Shown here: piece by piece, positions 38,149 through 53,197 of the stretch
Position numbering within the stretch: the stretch's first letter is position 1
Layout of the letters: each line of letters starts with the position of its first letter
Source of the DNA: an uncultured Gemmatimonadales bacterium
Lineage (GTDB): Bacteria > Gemmatimonadota > Gemmatimonadetes > Gemmatimonadales > Gemmatimonadaceae
DNA: 64,000 nt
Reading direction: 5' to 3'
Assembly: GCA_963701965.1 (NCBI GenBank)
Contig: OY969695.1
Coordinates: forward strand, 768,001-832,000
Translations under genes and position numbers: made by a program
Notes under the pieces: generated by a model
What the model was told of the DNA's origin: nothing
The model's input: the letters and a program-made list of their open reading frames with translations, nothing else
Database searches by the model: none

Positions 38149-40206
38149 ATGCTCGATTGGTTCCGACGCGATAAGTCAAGCACTAAAGAGGAGACCAAAG
38201 TCGGGACAGCCTGCACGCCGGGGGCGCCAGGCGACAGCGCTGCACCGCAGGGGCCCACCCAGCACGACGACGGCGCCGGCACCGCAGTGGCGCGGCTCGG
38301 CGGCGCCATGGACTACCTCGCCACCCCCGCTGTGGCCGCGTACTTCGACGCCCGCGAACACGAAGCGTACTATCACGCGCTGAAGCACGTCGGCCCCCGC
38401 CGTGACTTCCACGAGCGGATCATCGCGGTCGGCACACGGTTCATCTAGCTCACTGACAGTGAGGGCGGGACAGTAGCGGTGGATCGCGCAATGGCGACTG
38501 CGCACGGGCGCCATAACCGGACGACCGCGGGAAACCGGCTCGCGAGTGCGCGGGGCCAGCACCCGCGCGGTGTCGAGTTGCTCGGGCTCGTCGAGCCGCT
38601 CACGTATGAATCCCTGAAGGCCGCGTACCGCATCGCTGCCCGCCGTAACCATCCCGATGCGGGCGGTGATCACGACGCGATGGTGGCGGTGAACGAGGCG
38701 TTCAGCCTCGCGCACAACCTACTGCGGGAAGAGCAGGTCGCTGGCGGCGACAATGGCCGTGGCGTGCTGTTCGGCAATGTGGTCGAGCCCCGAGACTGCG
38801 CGGACTACCGATACGTCTGTGGGGAGCTGCTCTTCTTGGCCACGCTCGACGACTGGAACGTCGACGTGGCACTGGGTTGGCTGGATCGCCTCACGTCCGC
38901 CGAGTGGCAGCAGTGCCACTACGCGCAAGACCGCCAACAGCGCCTAGCGTTGACCGAGCCGGCCGGGCGACTCGCGACTCGACTCGCAATCGCGCAGCGC
39001 ACCGCGGGGGCGCGGAGATCGCTCGCGGTGGCGCAGGAGGCGCTACGCGTCGCGAAGGCGGAGGGGCTCTCCTACGACCATTACGTCCGCGAGCCCGAGG
39101 CAGTCCTCGCCGGCACCAAGCGCTCGCAGGTCGTCATCAACCACCCGCGCCAGGCCGAGAACGCGCTCCGCCTCGGCCTCATTGACGAGAGACGGTACCG
39201 GAGGTCACTGGAGAAGTGCGCGGCGGAGGCTGAGGAGCACGGTACCGTCGAAGAGCAGCTGCGGAGGGTTCAGTCCCCAGGCGGGTTCGTCGCCGACTTG
39301 CCGACCGACCGCCTGGCGAGGGGCAAGGTCGTGCGGAGCAGTCTTGTGCCGGAACCCGGCTACTTCGTCACGCGAATTGCGCAGCTTACGGACGACCAGC
39401 AGGCCGAGTACCTGCGTGCGTTCGGTGGCGGGGCTCCGCTCGGGTTCATGCGGAAGTACACATTTGTGCGTTTGGTGAGCCTGCTCGAGTCCGTGCTTTT
39501 CCGCCCAGGTGAGGCTGATTCCGCCTCGGCCGCGCGTGAGGCCACCGTCTTGGGATCGCTCCACACTGGTAGCGGCATGGCGTACGCCGCCGCCGTCGCG
39601 GAAGCCCTCACCGATCTCGGGTCGCGGCCCAGTGACGAGCGACGGGAGCGCGCCGCGATCCTCTCCGCCATCGAGAGCAGCGCCCGTCACTCGTCCGGCG
39701 GCATCCTCGGCTTCGGGGGCTCGCCTCTCGGGATGCCGCTCACCGCGGACTACATGAAGCTGATCCGGCGCCCGCTCGGCGACCTGCGCGTACTCCAGCA
39801 GCGTGGGGTACTCGCGGAGGGCGCTTCCGACCACCGAGAGCGCGAAGCTTGGTCTCGGGACATGGATGCCTTGCGGGCCCCCGACGTGGTGGCCTCCCAG
39901 GGGGTGGCCTTCGCCACCATGGACAACGCGAAGGCCGCCCCAGACCGCGCCGTCGACACATGGGCTCGGCACTGCGAGATGCTGCTGGAGCTCGGCGAGT
40001 CGATGGTGCACGTCGAGCAGTTGCAGCTGGGGTACTGGATCGACCGACTCACTGCCGCGCTCGTGCGCCTGAAGCGATGGGACGACGCACTGACGTGGCT
40101 AGAACGGTACTCGGGTCTCCCGGACAGGTACCGCGGGCGCTCGAGCCCCTCCGAGGATGGGCGCTTGCGGAAGCGTCTCGACCGCTGTCGCGGCAAGGTG
40201 ACGTAG
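38149..40206 (+). CDS. J-domain (HPD) helical-repeat protein; in-frame TAG at 38446-38448
   Basis: LKAAYRIAARRNHPDAGGDHDAMVAVNEAF. GGGAGG RBS before ATG 38149, which is in frame with the 38479..40206 ORF. Confidence 0.7.
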
Positions 40207-40254
40207 CGGCGCACCGGCCGGCGTGTAGATGAGGAACCGATGACCTGCGGCCAT

Positions 40255-41333
40255 CCAAACGACGGACGCCCGGCGAGGGGCGCCAGGCGGTGGGCCTCGT
40301 CGCGCGCGAAGAGCCCACCGTCGGGGGCTCCCCCGTCGTGCCGTGCGTCCGTCCGTCGGCGACGTCGCGCGTCCATGCCACCAGGTGCGCCTCGAGCGCG
40401 GCGAACGACGCGAAGCGATGTCCCGCCACGGCGTTCGCCTTCACGTAGCCCACGCCGCGCTCGTCCTTCCCCTTGGTCCGGGCCCGATACGCCGCGCACG
40501 CAACCGGCCGGACGCCCCAGTGCTGCGCGAACGCGAGGAAGCGCGGGTCGAAGACCGCCGGCACGGTTGCGCGCCGCGCGCGGTGAGCACGAGCGGCTTC
40601 GTATTGTCGACGAGCACCGTCACCGGCATCCCGCCGAACGCGTGGAACGTCCTCTCCAGCCCCTTGAACCAGGCCGTCTGCCGCTCGTGCCGGAAGACGC
40701 GCACATGACAGCGGCGCGAGTATCCGAGCGTCGCGACGAAGAAGTACAGCCGCTCCGGCACGCCGTCGAGCACGACCCGGCGCTCGCCGAAGTCGATCTG
40801 CAACTGCTCGCCCGGCGCCCTCTCGAAGCGGACCGTCGCCCGTGCCTCGGCCCGGAGCACCTGGCGGAGCGGGGCGACCGCCCGTTCAACCGCGCGGAGC
40901 GAGGCGTCGACGCCGTGCACGCGGGCGAGCTCCTGCCGGACGACGTCCGCGTTCCCGCGGTGCTGGTAGAACTGCGCGGTGATCCAGTCCGCATACGCGG
41001 CGAGGCGACCGGGCCGTGGAGGACGCCCCCCAGGGCCCCAGCCGCCCTGCGCCAGATAGCGCTTCACGGTGTTCCGGGCGCAGCCGACCTCGGCGGCGAT
41101 CCGCTTCGAGCCCCAGCCGAGGGCGTGGAGGCGCAGGAGCACAGCGACATCATGGGGGTCCGCACAGCATCCACGTCCGCAGGTGGCGAAGCCGCGGCGG
41201 CTGGCCGGGATGGGGACGACGTCGAACACGGGACCAGGCGAGGGGCGTTCCACGGGACCAACCTCCGCAGCATCAGGGTGGGGGGGTCAATTCCACGTGT
41301 CGCCAGGGGGTCAGTTTACCGTGTCGCCCGACA
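40255..41333 (-). mobile_element. istA: Truncated IS21-family element (left end plus partial, frameshifted istA)
   Basis: Left end TGTCGGGCGACACGGTAAACTGACCCCCTGGCGACACGTGGAATTGACCCCC. QIDFGE, LGYSRR, DNTK and TKGKDER motifs. No istB or right end. Confidence 0.85.
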
Positions 41334-41405
41334 GCGGGTACCGGCTGCCGACCCATGGTTGGTGTGTCCCGGGCTCGGCACTCGAGACCTTCCGTGCGCG
41401 TACTG

Positions 41406-41651
41406 TCAGCCTAGGTGCCACCAGCCGAGGATGAGGCCGACCACGGCGATTACGAGCACCCCGACCAGAGAGACTAAGCATCCGACCTGTTGGTTTAGGC
41501 TACTCAGGTGGGACACGAGCAGCACGACATCCTGCCGCGTGTGGATGATCGCCTGCCGCAACTCCTGAGCGGAGTGGTCGGTCACCTGCTTCGCCTCATC
41601 CCATTTCACGTCGCGTTGCAACTTCGCTGCTCGCGTGTCGAACCAGGCCAT
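41406..41651 (-). CDS. Small hypothetical protein with C-terminal transmembrane helix
   Basis: MAWFDTRAAK...LVSLVGVLVIAVVGLILGWW. Confidence 0.5.
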   Translation of the reverse strand: MAWFDTRAAKLQRDVKWDEAKQVTDHSAQELRQAIIHTRQDVVLLVSHLSSLNQQVGCLVSLVGVLVIAVVGLILGWWHLG

Positions 41652-41808
41652 TGCAGTCCCCGGCATAAGTTCGTGCCTCAAAACGACTAGCTTGACGACA
41701 CGGTCACGAGACCACCACCCCGCCGACGGGGCGACGGTCGAACGTCGATCGTTGCCACTCGGTACAGTCAGTGCTTCAGTCGCGGCGCGAAGCTCTCTGG
41801 TGGTACGC

Positions 41809-42264
41809 CTAACTCTGATACGACGCACCTAAACGGGTCACACCTGACTCTCCAGCACCGTGATGGCGCTGCTTGATCTGATGGCCTGCCAAACCCGGTC
41901 TCGCAGCTGCGCGAAGGCGTGAGAGTCCCGCCGATGAAACAGTCGCTTGATCAGATTGAGTCCGGCCATCGTAGGTTACCGACACAACGCACCGCCCAGG
42001 CGTCTCTTGGGGACCCTCGCCGACGAAGCTGAGCGCGATCCAGAACGGGTCTTCACCGTGGTTGGCCCAGAAGCCCCAGCCATAGTCCTCTTGGATCGGA
42101 TCAGACAGGGTGAAATCAACGCCGACGAGTGTCGACAGCTCGTGTTTGAGCCATGCCGCGAGATCTTCGCCGAAGCAACAGGGGTTGATGAAGTGCGGAC
42201 CTACTTTCCGGTGCTCGAATAGGTCGGTTTCGATCGTGATGCTGTCGTCCAAGAGGTCAGGCAC
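41809..42264 (-). CDS. Hypothetical protein (probable frameshift near 41965)
   Basis: INPCCFGEDLAAWL...QEDYGWGF has a globular pattern. Confidence 0.6.
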   Translation of the reverse strand: MPDLLDDSITIETDLFEHRKVGPHFINPCCFGEDLAAWLKHELSTLVGVDFTLSDPIQEDYGWGFWANHGEDPFWIALSFVGEGPQETPGRCVVSVTYDGRTQSDQATVSSAGLSRLRAAARPGLAGHQIKQRHHGAGESGVTRLGASYQS

Positions 42265-42297
42265 CGATCGAGGTGTGTGTCACGCGACTCGCCTCTT

Positions 42298-42666
42298 CTA
42301 CTGATCGGCGGTATACACGTAGTGAAACGCGCCGTCCGTCCTATCGGGCCATCTCGACGGATCTTGGCTATACATCCCGGACTCACCAAACTTCTCACTC
42401 ACCACGAGGCGTGCCGGGAGCATGTTGTAAGGCTCCTTCCGACGCCCGGCGCCGGGACCGCCGTGGTATACGACGTCGACAATCGTGGTCGGACCCGGAG
42501 CACCGCGCAAACGCCTTTCTTCGCAGTCAAGCACGCGGCGGCCCATCGTGTGCTCGTCGTCGCTTGGAGACCACGTACCCGCGTGATACGCGGCGGCGTC
42601 GCTGCCATTGGTGTACATCAAGAATCCAGTGGGGCCGCCGTCATGATTCACCTGGTGAACCTGCAC
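42298..42666 (-). CDS. Hypothetical protein
   Basis: ORF only; the start is uncertain. Confidence 0.3.
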   Translation of the reverse strand: MQVHQVNHDGGPTGFLMYTNGSDAAAYHAGTWSPSDDEHTMGRRVLDCEERRLRGAPGPTTIVDVVYHGGPGAGRRKEPYNMLPARLVVSEKFGESGMYSQDPSRWPDRTDGAFHYVYTADQ

Positions 42667-42801
42667 CGTGAAGGTCCGCAGTCCGGCGTGCCATCGGCCT
42701 CAAGCATAAACTGTCGCAACAACATAGCCACTCCCTATGTTCGGGTTTTGTACGGTAGTGGCTCACGGCCTCATTGGCAAGAGTGGCCGCCAGGAGGTGT
42801 A

Positions 42802-42819
42802 TTGTAATTTGCACTACAA
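42802..42819. promoter_or_regulatory. Putative TA operator palindrome
   Basis: TTGTA-N8-TACAA in the AT-rich promoter upstream of the antitoxin. Confidence 0.45.
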
Positions 42820-42852
42820 CCAGCTATCGTTCCTGCACGAGGAGACAGAGCT

Positions 42853-43158
42853 ATGACCACAAATGCCGAACGTAAAGAGCATCCAATCTCGATGCGCCTG
42901 CCTGAAGCCGACATCGCGATAATTGATCGCGCAGCCCTCTTGCGGGGCAGTTCACGCACGGATTTCGTTCGCGAGGCGGCCGTCCGCGCTGCAGAGACCG
43001 TGCTGCTGGAGCGCGGACTTATCCGGATGAGCCCGAAAGGGTTCGCCCATTTCGTTGCTGCCCTCTCGGGGCCAGCGACACCGGTGCCGGAACTGGTTGA
43101 ACTGGCGAGGCGCCCCGCCCCGTGGGAGACAGGCTACCGAGCCAAGACCAAGCGCTGA
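42853..43158 (+). CDS. DUF1778 (TacA/AtaR-like) ribbon-helix-helix antitoxin
   Basis: ISMRLPEADIAIIDRAA...SRTDFVREAA. Confidence 0.9.
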   Translation: MTTNAERKEHPISMRLPEADIAIIDRAALLRGSSRTDFVREAAVRAAETVLLERGLIRMSPKGFAHFVAALSGPATPVPELVELARRPAPWETGYRAKTKR

Positions 43159-43671
43159 GCTTTGGCCCCATCGGTCCTGAACGACTGACTGCGGCGCACG
43201 ATGTGTCGCAGTTCAGTTGCGGCAAGCCGACCCTTGATCACTGGCTCAAGACGCGCGCCCTCTCCAACCAGGAGAGAGGCTTCACCGCCGTCATGGTCGT
43301 GCATCAGGCTGGCCGTGTGGTCGGATACTACTGGTCTGGCGCCGACAGCTGTAATTCCCAATGTGTTGCCTCGGTCGATTCGGACCGGTCAGCCTCCAGA
43401 TCCCGTCCCCTGCCTCTTGCTCGGTCAGCTGGCGACCGACATTGGCTGGGCGGGGCAAGGGATTGGCACCGGCCTGTTGAAGCACGCCTTGGAGCGCTGC
43501 GTGACGGCCGCGCAGCTGATCGGGGGGCGCGCGCTTGTGGTCAACGCCGTGGATAGCGAGGCTGCCAAGTTCTGGGAGCGACGAGGGTTCATCCCCTCGA
43601 AGGATGACCCGCTCGTGCTGTTCTGCTCGATCGCCTCGATCGCCACCTCCCTAGCCGAAGCGCGCCGATGA
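43155..43671 (+). CDS. GNAT toxin (TacT/AtaT-like), frameshift near 43333
   Basis: HDVSQFSCGKPTLDHWL...VVGYY in one frame, PVPCLLLGQLATD...GQGIG...FWERRGF in the next. Confidence 0.85.
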
Positions 43672-43963
43672 TTGTGCGAAATACGTGGGCGACCGGCAAC
43701 CGGCTGATCCGAACAGTAGCTGGCGAAAATCGATGCCGCGCACCATAACGGTCGTGCACAACTGGACCTACGCGCTGAGGCGCACAGCCAAATAGAGGTC
43801 CGGGGCACCATTGGATGGAGCCCAATGAATTTAGAGGTGAGGAAGATGCCCGGCGAGACCTACCATCGCGACCTTTGGTGAGCGTGGCTCCACGATACGC
43901 GTCCTCGGCGATGCGCAAACACACCGCATCCATGTTGAATGGCGGGAAGGCGGTAGGCGCAAG

Positions 43964-47736
<3,773 letters not shown>

Positions 47737-47740
<4 letters not shown>

Positions 47741-48678
47741 CGCGAAAAGTGATCGTAGCCCCGGGGCGGGTCAACGAGCCGGCCGCCGAGCGTCACATCC
47801 ACGCCACCCACGGGGTCAGTCCCGGCCACGACGCCGATCTCCGTCAGCCGCAGCTGAAACGCGCGCGCGAACGCCGCGCCGTCGAGCTCGACGCCAGGGC
47901 GCGCCACGATCAACAGTTCGTATTCCTCGCCGGACGCCGCGGCGTCGTACGGCGACACGCCGCTCACGCACGGCACGCGGTCGAGATCGAGCGCGAGCCG
48001 CACTTGGCTCGCCGCCGCAATGTGACTGGCATCGGCGACCAACCCGTCGGAGATGTCGATCGCCGCCGCCGCGCCATGCGTCGCCAGCCAACGCGAAGCC
48101 ATGAGCCGCGGCTCCGGCCGCACGAATCGCTGTCGCGCACTCGCGGCCGGCGGCCGGCCGGCCATAAGGGCCGCGAGCGCCGCGAGCGGTCCGCCCAGTG
48201 TTCCCGTGACATACACCCGGCCACCCGGCGCCGCGCCGGCGCGGGACAGCGGATGCGATGACACGCCGAGCACGGTCACGGTGAGCGCGAGCATCTCGCC
48301 GCGCACTGTGTCGCCGCCGACGATCGGCGCCCGCGCAGCGCGCGCCGCCTCACCAACGCCATCGGCCAGTCCCGCCACGGACTCGCGCCAGGCGGCGGGC
48401 AGCGTCAGCGCCAGCAGCACACCAATGGGCGTGGCCGCGACCGCGGCCAGATCGCTCAGCGCGGCCGCCGTCGCGCGATAGCCGATCTCCTCCGGCGTCA
48501 TCCAGTCGCGCCGAAAGTGCACGCCTTCGACGCTGGTGTCGGTGCTGACGAGCAGTCGCTGGCCGTCGGGGACCAAGAGATCGGCCGCGTCCCCGCCAAT
48601 CAGCGACGCCGACGCGCCCCAGCGGGCGACCAGTTCGCGAATGGCGTCGAATTCGCCGCCGGGGCCGAGCGCGGTCAC
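47737..48678 (-). CDS. thiL: Thiamine-monophosphate kinase
   Basis: EFDAI, SDLAA, GGDT, IDISDG and GEEYEL motifs. GTG start overlaps the nnr stop. Confidence 0.92.
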
Positions 48679-50285
48679 GCGCTCGAGCCAAGCTCGCCGA
48701 CGGGTGGCAGCTCGGCGATCACGGGATACGAGGGCCGCCCACCGGCCGCCACTGCTGCCCAGGCGTCGCCGAACACGCCGGCGACATCGTCGAGCGTCAC
48801 CGCGCGCACCGCTCTCCCGGCGTTGGCGATTTCGGCGGCGGTGCCATGGACCCACGCCGCGCAGGCCGCGCTGGCGAAGGGATCGCCAGTCTGGGCCAGC
48901 AGCGTCGCCGCCACGCCGGCCAGGAGATCGCCGCTCCCACCCGCGGCCAACACCGGGGTACCGGCGGCACTGACCACGCGGTCACCGTTGGGCGCCGAGA
49001 CAATGGTCGGCACGCCTTTGAGCAACACCGACGCGCCCAGTTGTTTGGCCAAGGCGGCACCGGCATCGAAGCGGTTAGCCAGCACATCTTCCACTGGCCG
49101 GCCGGTGAGTCGGCCGAACTCCACGGGGTGCGGAGTGATGAGCGCCGGCCGGCCGCCCAGCGCCGCAGCCAGCGCCGGCACGCGACCGGCAAAGATGTTG
49201 AGCGCATCGGCGTCGACGACGGTCGGCCCGGTCCAGCCCCGGAGCACCCGGTCGACGAGGGCCCGGGACTCCTCGGTCGTGCCAAGTCCTGGGCCGAGCA
49301 ACACGGCGTGGGCGAAAGATGCGATCTCGCGCTCCACGGCCGCGTCATCGGCCGGCCACGGGAATGCCAGCGAGTCGGACGCGATCGTCTGGGCGACGGA
49401 CACGTTCGTGGGAGCGACGAACAGGCGAATCAAACCGATCCCGCTCCGATGGGCGGCGCGCGCCGCCAGGGCGGCAGCGCCGAACATCGACGGGCCCCCG
49501 GCGATGATCGCCAAGCGGCGGCGGGTGCCCTTGTTCGACTCGGCGGCGATCGCCGGCACGCGCCCGCGGACCCACGATGCGTCCACCAAAGTCGTGCCGC
49601 CCACCCGCGGCGGCAGGCCGATGTCCAGCACGACTATGCGCCCGGCGCGCCCACGGGCGACCAGGAGGCCACGCTTGAGGGTCCCAAATGTCAACGTGAG
49701 ATCAGCGGTTACGGCCCGGGAGTCATGATCATGACCGTCGTCCCCGGCGTGGCCACTGGTGGCATCCACGCCGCTCGGGACGTCGAGCGCTACGACGCGC
49801 GCGCCTGCGGCGCGCCGCGCGGCGATCTGCGCGATGGCCCCCGCGATGGGCTCGCGCGGCGCGCCGGTGCTCCCGGTCCCCAGCAATCCGTCGACAATGA
49901 CGGCCGCGCCCACCGTATTCGTGACACCCATGGCATCGGCCGCACTGGCCCCACCGGCCGTGACGCCTAGCTGCGACGCCGCGAAGCGGCGCGCGGCCTG
50001 GGCGTCGGGCGTCCGCGGCTCCAACACTTCCACGACCCGCACCGGCACGCCGGCCACTGCCAACGCCGCCGCCACCACCCACGCGTCGCCGCCGTTGTTC
50101 CCCGGCCCGGCGAACACCAATACGCCGCCGGACAGGACGTCCGCGTAACGCCGCACGATCTCGCCGGCCGCGGCCATGCCCGCCGACCGCATGAGGGCCA
50201 GCGACGGGATGCCGGACTCGATCCCCGCTCGATCGTGCTCGGCGCTCTCGGACGCCGAGGTGACGGCGACCGGGGAGCGTGCCAT
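48675..50285 (-). CDS. nnr: Bifunctional NAD(P)H-hydrate epimerase/dehydratase
   Basis: GPGNNGGD, DVPSG, GPGLG, DADAL, TPHP and GSGD motifs. Confidence 0.92.
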   Translation of the reverse strand: MARSPVAVTSASESAEHDRAGIESGIPSLALMRSAGMAAAGEIVRRYADVLSGGVLVFAGPGNNGGDAWVVAAALAVAGVPVRVVEVLEPRTPDAQAARRFAASQLGVTAGGASAADAMGVTNTVGAAVIVDGLLGTGSTGAPREPIAGAIAQIAARRAAGARVVALDVPSGVDATSGHAGDDGHDHDSRAVTADLTLTFGTLKRGLLVARGRAGRIVVLDIGLPPRVGGTTLVDASWVRGRVPAIAAESNKGTRRRLAIIAGGPSMFGAAALAARAAHRSGIGLIRLFVAPTNVSVAQTIASDSLAFPWPADDAAVEREIASFAHAVLLGPGLGTTEESRALVDRVLRGWTGPTVVDADALNIFAGRVPALAAALGGRPALITPHPVEFGRLTGRPVEDVLANRFDAGAALAKQLGASVLLKGVPTIVSAPNGDRVVSAAGTPVLAAGGSGDLLAGVAATLLAQTGDPFASAACAAWVHGTAAEIANAGRAVRAVTLDDVAGVFGDAWAAVAAGGRPSYPVIAELPPVGELGSSA

Positions 50286-50310
50286 CACGATGCGTCGGTT
50301 GTCAGGGATC

Positions 50311-50698
50311 CTACGCGCGTTGCGCGGCGTTCCATGGGTAGTTCTGCTCGAACGCCTCGTCGAAATCGAACACCGCGAGAAAATCATCGCGGCTGTCTGT
50401 CGGTTGGCTGATCGAGCAGATTCAGCTCGACGAGCGTGAACACGATGTCGCCAATGTCGCCGCTGGCGTGCACGCCCCAGTGGCTCAACACCTGGCGGGC
50501 CAACACCCCGTACCGCTCCAGCGCGAGATCCCGGCACGCCATCGCCAACTCCCGCCCGGTGATGTGCCGGCGCTCGGTCAACCGCGCCTGGCAAAACTCC
50601 AACGCCGAGAGGACAAAGAGGTAGGCGTGCTCGTGGAAGCGCCGCTCGCGCAAGCGGATCTGGTCCATGATCCCGTCCCGGAATGCCAGTTCGGCCAC
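50311..50698 (-). CDS. Conserved hypothetical protein (Minf_1886-like), frameshift near 50412
   Basis: AYLFVLSAL...HITGREL...WGV...DIGDIVFTLV, continuing DSRDDF...FDFDEAF in another frame. Confidence 0.75.
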
Positions 50699-50713
50699 GG
50701 TCTCCCTACCTCG

Positions 50714-52012
50714 TCACCGCCGCGCACCCTCAGCGACGGGATACAAGGGGAACGCCCCAGTCAACTCGCGCACATCCTCCCGCACGGTCTTCGCCAGATC
50801 CTCATCGGTCGGTGCCGACAGCACCCGGTCAATGCACTCCGCCACCCGGTGCATCTCCGGCTCCTTGAAGCCCCGCGTCGTCACGGCCGGCGTGCCAATC
50901 CGAATACCGCTCGTCACGAACGGCGACTGCGTCTCCCGCGGAACCGTGTTCTTGTTGACGGTGATGCCGGCGGCGTCGAGCGCCTTCTCCGCCGCCTTCC
51001 CCGTGAGCCCCTTGTTCCGCAGATCGACGAGCATGAGATGCGTATCCGTCCCGCCGGAGACGACCTGATAGTCGCGCTTGATCAGGTCCGCCGCCAGAGC
51101 CTTCGCGTTGGCGACGACCTGCCGCGAATACACGGCGAACGACGGATCCAGCGCTTCCTTGAATGCCACGGCCTTGGCCGCGATCACGTGCTCCAGCGGT
51201 CCGCCCTGCAGTCCGGGGAACACGGCCTTGTCGATGGCCTTGGCGTGGGCCGCCGTACAGAGCACGAGACCAGCCCGCGGGCCCCGCAGCGTCTTGTGTG
51301 TCGTCGTCGTGACGACGTCGGCGTACGGCACCGGCGACGGATGGACGCCGGTCGCGACCAATCCCGCGATATGCGCCATGTCGACCAGGAAATACGCGCC
51401 GACCTCGCGCGCGATCGACGCGAATGCCGCGAAGTCGATCGTGCGCGCATACGCGCTGCCACCGGCGATGATCATCCGCGGCTTGTGCTCGCGCGCCAGC
51501 GCGCTCACGGCGTCGTAATCGATGAGCCCCTGATCGGTGACACCGTAGTGCACAGCCCGGTACAGGATACCGGAGAAGTTGACCGGTGAGCCGTGCGTCA
51601 GGTGTCCGCCCTGCGAGAGATCGAGGCCCATGAACGTCTCGCCGGGCTTCATCAGGGCCAGGAACACGGCCTGATTGGCCTGGGCGCCCGAGTGGGGCTG
51701 GACGTTCGCGTGCTCGGCCTTGAACAGCGCCTTCGCCCGATCGATCGCCAACTGCTCGACCTGGTCGACGAACTCGCAGCCGCCGTAGTAGCGCTTGCCA
51801 GGCAAGCCCTCGGCGTACTTGTTCGTCAGCGGCGAGCCCATGGCCTCGAGCACAGCCGGCGAGACGAAATTCTCGCTGGCAATCAGCTCGAGTCCTTCGG
51901 ACTGCCGCTCGATCTCGCGCTCGATCAGCCGCGCGATCTCGGGGTCCGTTTCATTGAGCGCTGCCCCTGGCGGGCACCGGTCCCAATTCGACCACTTCAT
52001 CATCCCCATCAT
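50714..52012 (-). CDS. glyA: Serine hydroxymethyltransferase
   Basis: LIASEN, NKYAEG and [10 protein letters not shown] motifs. Confidence 0.97.
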   Translation of the reverse strand: MMGMMKWSNWDRCPPGAALNETDPEIARLIEREIERQSEGLELIASENFVSPAVLEAMGSPLTNKYAEGLPGKRYYGGCEFVDQVEQLAIDRAKALFKAEHANVQPHSGAQANQAVFLALMKPGETFMGLDLSQGGHLTHGSPVNFSGILYRAVHYGVTDQGLIDYDAVSALAREHKPRMIIAGGSAYARTIDFAAFASIAREVGAYFLVDMAHIAGLVATGVHPSPVPYADVVTTTTHKTLRGPRAGLVLCTAAHAKAIDKAVFPGLQGGPLEHVIAAKAVAFKEALDPSFAVYSRQVVANAKALAADLIKRDYQVVSGGTDTHLMLVDLRNKGLTGKAAEKALDAAGITVNKNTVPRETQSPFVTSGIRIGTPAVTTRGFKEPEMHRVAECIDRVLSAPTDEDLAKTVREDVRELTGAFPLYPVAEGARR

Positions 52013-52039
52013 ACCACCTCGCCCCGCCCAGGGCCACTC

Positions 52040-53197
52040 TCAGTCTTCGTACAGGGATCGGCCGATGACGATGCGCTGAATCTCCGACGTCCCCTCGTAA
52101 ATCTCCGTGACTTTGGCGTCGCGGAACAGCCGCTCGACCGGGTACTCCTTCACATAGCCGTAGCCGCCGAAGACCTGGACCGCCTGCGTCGCCACCCACA
52201 TCGCCATCTCGCTGGCCGCGAGCTTGGCCATGGAGCTGAGCTGCGTGATGGGCAACCCGCGGTCCTTGGCCGCCGCAGCCGCGAACACCAGCGCCCGCGC
52301 CTGGGAGTACCGGGTGGCCATGTCGGCGAGCTTGAACTGGATGGCGCCGTGCGCCCGGATCGGCTGACCGAACTGCCGCCGCTCCCCCGCGTAACGGACC
52401 GAATGCTCGAGCGCCGCGCGCCCGATCCCGAGGGCTTGGGCCGCGATGCCCAGCCGCCCGTTCTCCAGCGATCCGAGAGCGTAGGCGAGTCCGTCCCCTT
52501 CGGCACCCAGCAGGCGGTCGGCGGGGACGCGCAGGTTGTCGAACGTGAGCTGAACGGTGGGCGACGCGCACAATCCCATCTTGTCTTCCAGCTTGCCCAC
52601 GTGAAACCCGGGCAGATCAGGCGTCACGATGAACGCCGAAATGCCCCGGGCGCCCTGCCGGTCGCCGGGCGTGTCGGTCCGGGCCATCGCCAGCACGACC
52701 CCCGCGCGATTGCCGTTCGACACCCAGGCCTTGGTGCCGTTCAGCACCCAGCAGTCGCCGTCGCGGACGGCCTGGGTCCGCAACGCCGCCGCGTCCGACC
52801 CGGCGTCCGGTTCCGAGAGCGCGAACACGCCCAAGGCCTCGCCGCGCGCCATGGGCTTCAAGAACCGCTCCTTCTGCGCGTCGGTCCCGCGCGCCAGAAT
52901 CATCTGGGTCGGGAGCGAGTTGTGGACGCTCAGCAACACCGCGGTGGACGCATCCGCGGCGGCGATCTCCTCCAACGCCAGGAGATAGGTGGTCGTGTCG
53001 ACTCCGAGTCCGTCATACTCGGGAGGGATGAGCATGCCGAGAAATCCCAGCTCCGCCAGCCGCCCGACGAGCGTCTGGTCGGGCTCCCCAGCTTGATCCC
53101 ATCCCGCGGCGAATGGCACGATCCACTCGGCCGCGAAATCCCGGGCGACGCGCTGGATCTCCCGCTGCTCTTCCGTCAGCGCCAGAAATTCGCGCAT
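52040..53197 (-). CDS. Acyl-CoA dehydrogenase
   Basis: ALSEPDAGSD, GGYGY and IYEGTSEIQ motifs. Confidence 0.93.
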   Translation of the reverse strand: MREFLALTEEQREIQRVARDFAAEWIVPFAAGWDQAGEPDQTLVGRLAELGFLGMLIPPEYDGLGVDTTTYLLALEEIAAADASTAVLLSVHNSLPTQMILARGTDAQKERFLKPMARGEALGVFALSEPDAGSDAAALRTQAVRDGDCWVLNGTKAWVSNGNRAGVVLAMARTDTPGDRQGARGISAFIVTPDLPGFHVGKLEDKMGLCASPTVQLTFDNLRVPADRLLGAEGDGLAYALGSLENGRLGIAAQALGIGRAALEHSVRYAGERRQFGQPIRAHGAIQFKLADMATRYSQARALVFAAAAAKDRGLPITQLSSMAKLAASEMAMWVATQAVQVFGGYGYVKEYPVERLFRDAKVTEIYEGTSEIQRIVIGRSLYED

